Positions 9,523 through 17,449 of a stretch of 41,849 bases of DNA are shown one piece after another; positions within the stretch are counted from its first letter, which is position 1; each line of letters opens with the position of its first letter. The translations under genes and the position numbers were made by a program. Under the pieces are notes generated by a model, which was not told the origin of the DNA, ran no database searches, and saw only the letters and a program-made list of their open reading frames with translations. The stretch is from an uncultured Thomasclavelia sp. Lineage in GTDB: Bacteria > Bacillota_I > Bacilli_A > Erysipelotrichales > Erysipelotrichaceae. The stretch covers positions 1-41,849 of the forward strand of contig CAZXIB010000001.1 in assembly GCA_964639815.1 (NCBI GenBank). The letters run 5' to 3'.

Positions 9523-9539
9523 TGTATAATACGGCTATG
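9523..9539 (+). promoter_or_regulatory. TATAAT-N6-ATG leaderless promoter candidate for the XpaC-like/AAA+ module
   Basis: TGTATAAT at 9523-9530, ATG at 9537. Confidence 0.5.
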
Positions 9540-10496
9540 CCAAACAATCAAAGAGGGCCTAGCTATAGACGAAATTCATCACCACAACACGGTGGTGGTT
9601 CTGGTGTTAGTATTTTTTTTGTTATAGTAGGTTTTTTATTCTTCGTTAATATCTTAGATGCGATTTTTTTACCATTATTACCACTAGTAATTATTATCGC
9701 CTTTATCGCTATCATTGCCAATAGTAATAATAAGACAAGTAAGACTAAAACTAAAACTACTACTAAGCGAAAAGTAAGTCACGACCGCAAAGCTATTGAT
9801 GCGAAGCTGATGGCTTATTTTAAAGACTCTTATAGACTACCAGTTTACGACGATGTCTATCTAACTACTAAAAATGGTGTCTATTCTCGATATGAAGACC
9901 TCTTAATAACTAAGGGTGAAGAAGTCATCATGAGTTTAGGGGAGTTTGCCGATAGGTTTCCCTACGTCGCCGATGAGATTGTATCGCTACTTGAGATATT
10001 CGCTCGCCAAAAGGGTGAAGCCGCCAGTACTGTAGTAACCCCAGCCCCCCAAACAAGCAAGCTATCACAAGCTCAAGAGTTCATATCACAAATCAATGAC
10101 CTCAATGTCGACATCCAAAAAGAAGAGATTAAATCTGGTCTTTATCAAACCTGTGCTCTACTAAAGCAGATTGACATCGGTGCTTCGGAAGATGATGCCG
10201 ATAAGATATATAAGCTATATGATTATTACTTACCGATACTAGTCAAGATATTAGATAACTACAAAAATCTGTCAGCTATATCTCGTGATTCTAAAGACTT
10301 TAAGGATTGTGAAGACCAGCTCATCAAGACGATTATTCTTATAAATGAGGCCCTTAAAATCTTAAATGAGTCTATCTATGAGGATGACTATATGAATTTA
10401 TCAGCCGATATAACGACACTACAGTCCTTATTAGAAAAGGATGGTCTTGTGCGTGATGGTGAAATATACAAGGAAGGTAACGATGGACAAAATTAA
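9537..10496 (+). CDS. XpaC-like (5-bromo-4-chloroindolyl phosphate hydrolysis protein family) membrane protein
   Basis: Two N-terminal TM helices (VSIFFVIVGFLFFVNIL, LPLLPLVIIIAFIAIIA) followed by a K/T-rich linker. The C-terminal helical region YKLYDYYLPILVKILDNYKNL...IYEDDYMNLSADITTLQSLLEKDGL matches my memory of the XpaC family pattern. Start set at ATG 9537 because the track start TTG 9522 lies inside the TATAAT box. Confidence 0.45.
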   Translation: MPNNQRGPSYRRNSSPQHGGGSGVSIFFVIVGFLFFVNILDAIFLPLLPLVIIIAFIAIIANSNNKTSKTKTKTTTKRKVSHDRKAIDAKLMAYFKDSYRLPVYDDVYLTTKNGVYSRYEDLLITKGEEVIMSLGEFADRFPYVADEIVSLLEIFARQKGEAASTVVTPAPQTSKLSQAQEFISQINDLNVDIQKEEIKSGLYQTCALLKQIDIGASEDDADKIYKLYDYYLPILVKILDNYKNLSAISRDSKDFKDCEDQLIKTIILINEALKILNESIYEDDYMNLSADITTLQSLLEKDGLVRDGEIYKEGNDGQN

Positions 10497-11007
10497 TAAT
10501 AAGTTCGATGAAATCGATAAGATGTTCGAAGACCTACAACAAGCCAATAACGAGACCGTCGATAGCTTAAAGGATCGCCTTTCTAGTAAAGAGGAAGACT
10601 TAGTCTCTTTAAAAGAGAGTGAATATTCTGAGCGTAAGTCTGTAAGCCTTAAGCGGCCAAGTCTACCTAAGACCATTCCCGCCTCTTTAAATACGCGCTT
10701 AGATATCTTTCTGTATTGTATTAAGAATATTGAATACGGGCCTAATAATAGGTCTTATGTCGATGGTCATCTAGAAGCCTTAAATAAATACCTAGAAAGA
10801 GCTCGTCTAGACCACCAAAACCTCGAAGTGGTATTGGGCACCCTTTTAGATGAGATAAGGCATTCAAGGTCTATCAATAAGACCGACCTCAAAGAGAAGG
10901 GCTACTATGATGGCTTGAACTATGTCAATTCCGCTTTGAAGAAGTCTAAGGACGTCATGGCTAAGAAGATAAACGATACCCTCAAGAGAGAACTGTTCCA
11001 TGAATAA
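10483..11007 (+). CDS. Hypothetical helical/coiled-coil protein (174 aa)
   Basis: Start moved to ATG 10483 (MDKINNKF), preceded by AAGGAAGG. It overlaps the upstream stop by 14 nt and the downstream start by 8 nt. Confidence 0.55.
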   Translation: MDKINNKFDEIDKMFEDLQQANNETVDSLKDRLSSKEEDLVSLKESEYSERKSVSLKRPSLPKTIPASLNTRLDIFLYCIKNIEYGPNNRSYVDGHLEALNKYLERARLDHQNLEVVLGTLLDEIRHSRSINKTDLKEKGYYDGLNYVNSALKKSKDVMAKKINDTLKRELFHE

Positions 11008-13009
11008 AGAGAAAGAGAAATTGATGCAAGAGCTCTTTGGTAAGGCCAGGAACTTAGATATAAACGATCAGCGCGATGTCTTAATTGACAGTACCAAGGA
11101 ACTACAAGACATCATCGAAATGAACTCGCGCAATCTAACTTCCTTAAAGGAAGTGGCTGACGAGAAGACCTATAGTAAGATAAGTGAGGAAGTGGCTTCT
11201 GACTTTTCTTTATCACAGCTTTTATCTGACCTCAAAAAAGACTACGATATACCAGAGGTAGCTACAGTAATCAACGATAATAAACAGCTGGCTGATATCT
11301 TTGCGGATGTCGCCACTTCTATAAAACAGGAAGTACTTGGACAAGACACGGCAGTCGATGCCATGGTGACAGCTTTCCATAGGCCTCACTTAGCTGGCCA
11401 TGATGCCATGAAGATTGCGGCAACGATTATATTAACTGGTCATAAGGGCAGTGGTAGACACTCACTTGTAAAGGCCATTAGTAGAGCCGTTAAAGCTAAA
11501 GGGCTACTTACGGTAAGCGACTATTCAACTATTGATTTATCGCGTTATCAATCAGCGACCCAAGAGACCCTTTTCTTACAGGATCTCTATGTGGCGCTGA
11601 GTGACCCTAAAGGCATCATCGTCTTTGATGAGGCCATGGCTACCTACCCCATATACGGTAGGATGTTGGCGGGACTTAGTGCTAATGGCAAGATTACCCT
11701 CAATAAGCGTTATATCTTTAGTAATGGCCAACTTCTAAGCGCTGGTGAGGGCCTTAATAAAGGCGTTATAGACCATCTCGATGGTAATGGTAAGATTCTC
11801 ATCTTCGTTATCGAAGGTAACCCATCTAAGCTATCAGACATCTTTGGTAAGTCCTTTATGGATAGTGTCGATGATATCGTCACTATGGGTTCTTTAGATA
11901 CCACCAGTATTGATAAGATAACTACTAAACTAAGCGATGACTTAAAAGCCAAGTGTCTAAGTCAATTAGACATAAAGGTCATACTTACCGATAATGTCAT
12001 CTCCCATATCGCTAGGGGTTATGATGAGGATGAGGGTGTTTATTCTTTACTTAGAAGTGTTGATAAGCTCTATGAAGAGATAGTCGATATCGCCTTAGCT
12101 AATAGTGACATTGATGCGATTACTATTGATAAGACGGATAAACTTATAGCCACCTATGGGTCTAAGACGATAGAAGTTGTCATCGATGAAGATAAGAAGG
12201 CTGAAAGAGCGGCTATCCAAAAAGAGCTCGATGCCATCATCGGTCTTGATAAGGTCAAGGAGTATCTTTTATCACTAGAAGACCATATCCGTGTTTCTAA
12301 GATACGTAAGGCCAAGGGTCTAAAGACAGCCGAGATGACCAAACACATGATATTTACGGGCGACCCCGGTACTGGTAAGACGACAATAGCTCGATTAGTA
12401 TCAAGACTAATGAAGGTGACGGGCATCTTAAGACAGGGTCAACTAGTAGAGGTTACAAGAGCTGACCTAGTTGCCAAGTATGTTGGTCAGACAGCTCCGC
12501 AGACGATGGCCGTCATTGAAAGTGCCTTAGGTGGCGTCTTATTTATTGATGAGGCTTATAGCTTATATCGGGGAAAAGATGATACCTTCGGTCTAGAGGC
12601 CATTGATACCTTAGTAAAGGCCATGGAAGACTATCGTGATGACTTCATTGTCATCTTGGCCGGTTACTCTAAAGAGATGGCAAGTTTCTTAGAGGCTAAT
12701 AGTGGCCTTAAGTCACGCTTCGCCAACATCATCCACTTTGAAAACTATACGGCTGATGAATTAGTCGCTATAACGGTATCGATTGCCGAAGGTAAGGACT
12801 ATAGGATTAGTAAAGAGGCTTTGGATGTACTAAAGGACTATTACACGGAAGTTCAAAGTCGCCATGATGCGACAAGCGGCAATGGTCGGATGGCCCGCAA
12901 TATGGTCGAAGAGGCCATTCTCAATCATTCTCGCCGCGTCCTAAAGGACACTACGGCGGCTATTGATGTCTTGATGAAGGAAGACTTTGACTTTGAGGTG
13001 GGACGATGA
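11000..13009 (+). CDS. Tandem AAA+ ATPase: N-terminal Clp-D2-like module with degenerate P-loop, plus C-terminal CbxX/SpoVK-type module
   Basis: Module 1: LGQDTAVDAMVTAF...ILTGHKGSGRHS (GK[ST] replaced by GRH) and IIVFDEA. Module 2: canonical Walker A FTGDPGTGKTTIARL, Walker B VLFIDEAYSL, and GLKSRFANIIHFENY, typical of the CbxX/SpoVK/EccA clade. Confidence 0.75.
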   Translation: MNKEKEKLMQELFGKARNLDINDQRDVLIDSTKELQDIIEMNSRNLTSLKEVADEKTYSKISEEVASDFSLSQLLSDLKKDYDIPEVATVINDNKQLADIFADVATSIKQEVLGQDTAVDAMVTAFHRPHLAGHDAMKIAATIILTGHKGSGRHSLVKAISRAVKAKGLLTVSDYSTIDLSRYQSATQETLFLQDLYVALSDPKGIIVFDEAMATYPIYGRMLAGLSANGKITLNKRYIFSNGQLLSAGEGLNKGVIDHLDGNGKILIFVIEGNPSKLSDIFGKSFMDSVDDIVTMGSLDTTSIDKITTKLSDDLKAKCLSQLDIKVILTDNVISHIARGYDEDEGVYSLLRSVDKLYEEIVDIALANSDIDAITIDKTDKLIATYGSKTIEVVIDEDKKAERAAIQKELDAIIGLDKVKEYLLSLEDHIRVSKIRKAKGLKTAEMTKHMIFTGDPGTGKTTIARLVSRLMKVTGILRQGQLVEVTRADLVAKYVGQTAPQTMAVIESALGGVLFIDEAYSLYRGKDDTFGLEAIDTLVKAMEDYRDDFIVILAGYSKEMASFLEANSGLKSRFANIIHFENYTADELVAITVSIAEGKDYRISKEALDVLKDYYTEVQSRHDATSGNGRMARNMVEEAILNHSRRVLKDTTAAIDVLMKEDFDFEVGR

Positions 13010-13197
13010 CTTTAATTATCAGTATGGCCCTCATGGGCTTAAATATCATCCTTTTAATACTTGACTTTATATTTTTTAGTGAAATGGCCAAGTCCTTATT
13101 ATATGCCAACCTCGTTTGGATAATGGTCAGTACACCGATACTTTTATATATAGCTATGAAGGCAGCGCGCAAGCGCATTGAAAGAGATGCTAAGTGA
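13006..13197 (+). CDS. 63-aa two-TM microprotein
   Basis: ATGA start/stop overlap with the AAA+ gene. Two hydrophobic helices (LIISMALMGLNIILLILDFIFF, LVWIMVSTPILLYIAM) and a basic C-terminal tail. The 3' end overlaps the mnmE start. Confidence 0.5.
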   Translation: MTLIISMALMGLNIILLILDFIFFSEMAKSLLYANLVWIMVSTPILLYIAMKAARKRIERDAK

Positions 13198-14509
13198 TAC
13201 GATAGTTGCCATAGCTACCGCCGTCAGTAATAGTGCTATTGCCATTGTCAGGTTGAGTGGCGATGATGCCATAAACATAGTCGATGGCATCTTTTCTAAA
13301 GATTTAAAAACTGTACCTTCTAACACTATAAGTTATGGAAAGATAATAGATGATGGAAAGCTTATTGATGAAGTCTTAGTCAGTCTCTTCAGAGCGCCCA
13401 AGACCTATACCAAAGAAGATGTCGTTGAGATAAATACCCATGGCGGGGCCTATGTAACACGAAAGATATTAGAATTATGTTTATCTAAGGGGGCGAGGAT
13501 GGCCTTGCCTGGTGAGTTTACTAAGCGCGCTTATCTTAATGGTAGGATAACGTTGGCGGAAGCAGAGGCCATAAATGATTTAATTGCTGCTGATAGCGAA
13601 GTAAAACATCGCTCGGCCATAAGGGGGATAGATGGTAGTATTGAAAGACTGATAAAACCCCTTATGGAAGAAGTCATGACCGTCATTGGTACCTTAGAAG
13701 TTAATATTGACTATCCTGAATACGATGATGTCGATATCATTGATAAAGAGGTGCTTTCTCCGGGTATTGCTAGGTGGGTGGATATTATGGAGGAGATGTT
13801 AAAAAAGGCTGAGCGTTTTCGCATCATCAAAGATGGTCTAAAGACAGCTATCATTGGTAAGCCTAATGTGGGCAAGTCTTCTCTATTAAATGCCCTACTA
13901 CAAAAAGACAAGGCCATCGTCACTGATATTGCCGGGACGACGCGCGACCTCATAGAAGATGACGTCGACTTAGGTAGTGTAAGACTGCATCTAATAGACA
14001 CCGCCGGCATAAGAAAAAGCGAAGATACGATAGAGAATATCGGCATTGAACGCTCATATAAAGCGATAGAAGAAGCTGACCTTATCATCTTGGTTTTAGA
14101 TGCTTCTAGCCCCTTAGACAATGAAGATGAGGCCCTACTAGAGCTCATCAAAGATAGAGAGCACATCATCGTCTACAATAAAACCGATATAAAGAAGGTT
14201 GATGGCCTATCGATTAGTGCTATAAATGGTGATATTAAGGCTTTAGTTGACCTATTGAACGATAAGTACCATGATGATTTAGGCCTTATCGACCAAGATG
14301 TCTTAAATAACGAGCGACAGATTGCGCTAATGCGTGCAGCTTTAAGTAAACTTAAAGAGATAAAAAAAGCCTTAAGTGCTGGCTTAGCCTTAGATATAGT
14401 GGCCAGTGAACTATACGGTGTCTATCGTGACTTAGCTAGTATCATAGGCAGTGAGTACCAAGAAGATTTGATTGATCATCTCTTTGCGAATTTTTGTTTA
14501 GGTAAGTGA
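13187..14509 (+). CDS. mnmE: tRNA modification GTPase MnmE (TrmE)
   Basis: N-terminal DTIVAIATA; G-domain GKPNVGKSSLLNAL, DIAGTTRD, DTAGIR, NKTD; C-terminal FCLGK. Start set at ATG 13187. Confidence 0.95.
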   Translation: MLSDTIVAIATAVSNSAIAIVRLSGDDAINIVDGIFSKDLKTVPSNTISYGKIIDDGKLIDEVLVSLFRAPKTYTKEDVVEINTHGGAYVTRKILELCLSKGARMALPGEFTKRAYLNGRITLAEAEAINDLIAADSEVKHRSAIRGIDGSIERLIKPLMEEVMTVIGTLEVNIDYPEYDDVDIIDKEVLSPGIARWVDIMEEMLKKAERFRIIKDGLKTAIIGKPNVGKSSLLNALLQKDKAIVTDIAGTTRDLIEDDVDLGSVRLHLIDTAGIRKSEDTIENIGIERSYKAIEEADLIILVLDASSPLDNEDEALLELIKDREHIIVYNKTDIKKVDGLSISAINGDIKALVDLLNDKYHDDLGLIDQDVLNNERQIALMRAALSKLKEIKKALSAGLALDIVASELYGVYRDLASIIGSEYQEDLIDHLFANFCLGK

Positions 14510-14510
14510 T

Positions 14511-15269
14511 ATGTACATTGATTCCCATACCCATATAACTAATAAAGACTTAGATGTAAGTACATACCTTGAAGATATAAAAATCGCCAAGGAAAAGGGT
14601 CTAATCCATTCTTTATTAGTATTGACGGAAGCCGAGGAAGAACGGCTTTACGATGAGTTACACGAAGATGATTACTTCGACTTTGCCCGGGGTATATTCC
14701 CAACTGAGGCAGATAAATATGACCAGTCTGACCTTGACCACCTCAAGGACTTATTGGCCAAGGGTCGTTTTATCGCTTTGGGCGAGATTGGTCTTGACTA
14801 TCATTGGGCCAAAGAAATTAAAGACAAGCAAATCACTCTATTCAAAAAACAGATTGATATCGCCAATGAACTAGATTTGCCTATTATTATCCATAGTCGT
14901 GATGCCATGGGTGATACCTATGAAGTATTAAAGGAACACCCTTGTAATAGAAGTGGTGTCATCCACAGTTTTTCTGGTAGTAAAGAGATGGCCGAGCGTT
15001 TTATCGAACTGGGCTACTACATCTCCTTTAGTGGCACCATCACCTTCAAAAATAACGTGAATGGTGTAAGGGCCTTAGAGGCTATCAACCTTGACCGATT
15101 GCTTTGTGAGACCGATGCCCCGTACTTAGCACCGGAGCCCGTCAGAGGTCGACCCAATAAGACCTATAACGTCATCCATACTTACGACTTCATCGCTAAG
15201 AAGCTGGGTATGTCTGTAGAGAGACTGCAAGAGGTCATCTACGCTAACTATATGATGCTTTTCCACTAG
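14511..15269 (+). CDS. tatD: TatD family metal-dependent DNase/hydrolase (YabD-like)
   Basis: IDSHTH, GEIGLDYHW, IIHSRDA, GVIHSFSG and ETDAPYL motifs. Confidence 0.9.
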   Translation: MYIDSHTHITNKDLDVSTYLEDIKIAKEKGLIHSLLVLTEAEEERLYDELHEDDYFDFARGIFPTEADKYDQSDLDHLKDLLAKGRFIALGEIGLDYHWAKEIKDKQITLFKKQIDIANELDLPIIIHSRDAMGDTYEVLKEHPCNRSGVIHSFSGSKEMAERFIELGYYISFSGTITFKNNVNGVRALEAINLDRLLCETDAPYLAPEPVRGRPNKTYNVIHTYDFIAKKLGMSVERLQEVIYANYMMLFH

Positions 15270-15802
15270 TGAGAAAGATACGCGAAGTTATCGTTGTCGA
15301 AGGAAAAAATGACGCTTTACACCTAAAGTCCTTTTTTGAATGTGATACCATTATTACAGAAGGTCGACATCTAAAAAAGGAAACGATTGAGTTAATAAAA
15401 GAAGCTCAGGCTAGTAAAGGCGTCATTGTCCTAACAGATCCTGATAGCCCTGGTGAGTACATAAGAGGCAAGCTCAATAGCGAAGTTTCGGGTCTCAAGA
15501 ACGCCTTTTTACAAAAGAAAGATGCGAAAACTTCTAAGAAGGTCGGTGTAGAACACGCTTCTTATGAAGTCATAAAAGAAGCTTTGGACAACCTCATCAC
15601 CTATACGGATGAAAAGGGTAGTCTTACAAGTGGAGACCTTATGGATTTAGGAATTATTGGTGATAGTGACTTAAGAGCTTATATCGCTAAAAAGCTACAC
15701 CTAGGCCATCCCAACAATAAGACCCTTCTAAAACGTCTTAACATGTTGGGGATAGACAGAGATAGATTAAAGGAGGTCATCGATGGTAGAGATAATAGCT
15801 AA
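15269..15802 (+). CDS. rnmV: Ribonuclease M5 (5S rRNA maturase, TOPRIM)
   Basis: IVVEGKNDALHLK and VLTDPDSPGEYIR TOPRIM motifs. Conserved tatD-rnmV-rsmA order. GTG start overlapping the tatD stop. Confidence 0.85.
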   Translation: MRKIREVIVVEGKNDALHLKSFFECDTIITEGRHLKKETIELIKEAQASKGVIVLTDPDSPGEYIRGKLNSEVSGLKNAFLQKKDAKTSKKVGVEHASYEVIKEALDNLITYTDEKGSLTSGDLMDLGIIGDSDLRAYIAKKLHLGHPNNKTLLKRLNMLGIDRDRLKEVIDGRDNS

Positions 15803-16607
15803 CCCTTCGGTCACTAAGGCCATTATCGCTAAGTATGGCCTTTTTCCCAATAAGCGCTTTGGGCAAAACTTTTTAATTGATGCCAATATCGTAAATAAGA
15901 TAGCCGCTTCCTCTTGCGACAAAGATACCATCACTGTGGAGATTGGCCCGGGTATTGGTAGTCTTAGCCAGTTTCTTTTAAAGTATTCTAAGCGTGTCTA
16001 TGCCCACGAGATAGATAAGAAGCTGATTGAGGCGTTGGCTGAGATATTTGCTGGTGAGTTAGATGTCCTACCTGGTGACTTTTTAAAGGTTGATTTTGAT
16101 ACGGTACCATATAGCGACCAAGAGATTATTGTCTGTGCCAACCTGCCTTACTATATAACGACACCTGTCCTTTTTAAGTTATTTGCGTCAAACCTACACA
16201 TAAAGAAGATTTGTGTCATGGTGCAAAAGGAAGTGGCCAATCGTTTCCTGGCAGGCGTCAATAGTCCAGACTATGGCGCTCTATCTGTTATAACGGCAGT
16301 CCGCTATGAAGTGCGTCTACTGATGCGGGTATCGCGTTTAGTCTTTTATCCCGCTCCTGATGTCGATAGTGCAGTCATAACATTTTTACCAAAAGAGCCA
16401 CTAAATGTCGACCACGACAAGTTTGATGCCCTAGTCAAAGCATCTTTTAAACAACCCCGCAAGACCCTCAAAAATAACCTCGACACCTATCTAAAGACTA
16501 ATTCCTTGCCTTATATAACATCCCTGCATTTAAAAGAGACGGTTCGTGCGCAAGAGTTGAGTCTAGAAGATTACATAAGTTTATATAGGAGTATCCATGA
16601 AGATTAA
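15783..16607 (+). CDS. rsmA: 16S rRNA (adenine1518/1519-N6) dimethyltransferase
   Basis: KRFGQNFL, VEIGPGIGSLS (SAM motif) and NLPYYITTP motifs. GGAGG SD. Confidence 0.95.
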   Translation: MVEIIANPSVTKAIIAKYGLFPNKRFGQNFLIDANIVNKIAASSCDKDTITVEIGPGIGSLSQFLLKYSKRVYAHEIDKKLIEALAEIFAGELDVLPGDFLKVDFDTVPYSDQEIIVCANLPYYITTPVLFKLFASNLHIKKICVMVQKEVANRFLAGVNSPDYGALSVITAVRYEVRLLMRVSRLVFYPAPDVDSAVITFLPKEPLNVDHDKFDALVKASFKQPRKTLKNNLDTYLKTNSLPYITSLHLKETVRAQELSLEDYISLYRSIHED

Positions 16608-17412
16608 AGCATATGCCAAGGTCAATCTAGCTCTTGATGTCTTAGGCAAAAGAGAAGATGGTTATCATGACCTCGATATGATTATGTGTCCCATTGACCT
16701 ATACGATGATATCGTGATAGTGCGAAGCGATAGAGATAACGTCACCTGTGATATGTCTATACCTGAAGAGAATACGGTAACTAAGGCCATAAAGTCGCTT
16801 AGAGAACACTATGAGTTTTTGGATTACTTCGATGTAAAGATAGAAAAACACATTCCTATGCAAGCAGGTCTAGCTGGGGGGTCAGCAGATGCTGCTGCGG
16901 TTATCTGGGCAATAGTTAAGATGTTACGGTTAGAATATGATGAAGAAAATCTAATTGAAATAGGCAAAGAAATCGGTGCTGATGTGCCATTTTGCTTAAT
17001 AGGAAAAGTCGCAAGAGTCAAAGGTATTGGTGATGTCATAGAACCATTTGACTCGCACTTATCTCTGCCCTGTCTATTGATTAGACCTGATAAAGGCGTC
17101 GATACGGCTAAAGCCTTTAAGTCCTTAAAAGAGCCGATTGAGCATCCAAATATTACAGCTATTAGAGATGCCATGATAGCCGGCGACTACGACTCTTTCA
17201 TTCGAAATATCGGCAATAGTCTAGAAGGTTCAGCCTTTACTATAGTCCCAGAGATCGAAGTGATAAAAAAAGAGCTTATCGCTATGGGCTTTGATGGTAG
17301 TACGATGACCGGAAGTGGCTCAACTGTAATGGGCTTTACACGAGATAAAGGTCTATTAGAAAGAGCAGTTCAAAGATATAAACACCTCTTTACCTATGTC
17401 ACTATCTTGTAA
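16597..17412 (+). CDS. ispE: 4-diphosphocytidyl-2-C-methyl-D-erythritol kinase
   Basis: KVNLALDVLGKREDGYH, GHMP kinase motif PMQAGLAGGSADAA, and GSGSTVMG. Confidence 0.9.
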   Translation: MKIKAYAKVNLALDVLGKREDGYHDLDMIMCPIDLYDDIVIVRSDRDNVTCDMSIPEENTVTKAIKSLREHYEFLDYFDVKIEKHIPMQAGLAGGSADAAAVIWAIVKMLRLEYDEENLIEIGKEIGADVPFCLIGKVARVKGIGDVIEPFDSHLSLPCLLIRPDKGVDTAKAFKSLKEPIEHPNITAIRDAMIAGDYDSFIRNIGNSLEGSAFTIVPEIEVIKKELIAMGFDGSTMTGSGSTVMGFTRDKGLLERAVQRYKHLFTYVTIL

Positions 17413-17431
17413 TACCGACTGTTTGTAAAAG

Positions 17432-17449
17432 TGTTATAATGAGGCCATG
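17432..17449 (+). promoter_or_regulatory. Extended -10 promoter (TGtTATAAT) 6 nt upstream of the GlmU-like ATG; leaderless candidate
   Basis: TG at 17432-17433, TATAAT at 17435-17440, ATG at 17447. Confidence 0.55.

Noticed and set aside
9613-9620. A T8 homopolymer (and T7 at 9664-9670) in the XpaC-like gene, and A8 at 35706-35713 in the SDR gene, as possible phase-variation tracts.
   Set aside because: The T tracts encode Phe-rich TM sequence, and the A tract encodes Lys-Lys in frame. Tracts of this length are expected in AT-rich genomes and the reading frames are intact.
10483-11007. The gene after the XpaC-like gene as the expected TelA/YaaN partner.
   Set aside because: At 174 aa it is less than half of what I recall for TelA, and it has no TelA-like motifs that I can recognise.
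13711-14169. A 152-aa minus-strand ORF inside mnmE. Similar antisense ORFs occur at 104..289, 1975..2226, 3478..4207, 12154..12426, 16824..17174, 17966..18412, 19010..19567, 22150..22467, 23512..24036 and 40493..40798.
   Set aside because: All are nested antisense to long genes with unmistakable conserved motifs. They lack SDs and promoters and have the Ser/Leu/Arg-rich composition typical of shadow frames.
14653-14874. Same-strand alternative-frame ORFs: 73 aa inside tatD, 63 aa at 18210..18401 inside the GlmU-like gene, and 70 aa at 36640..36852 inside kdgT.
   Set aside because: They are out of frame within strongly supported genes and have no independent signals.
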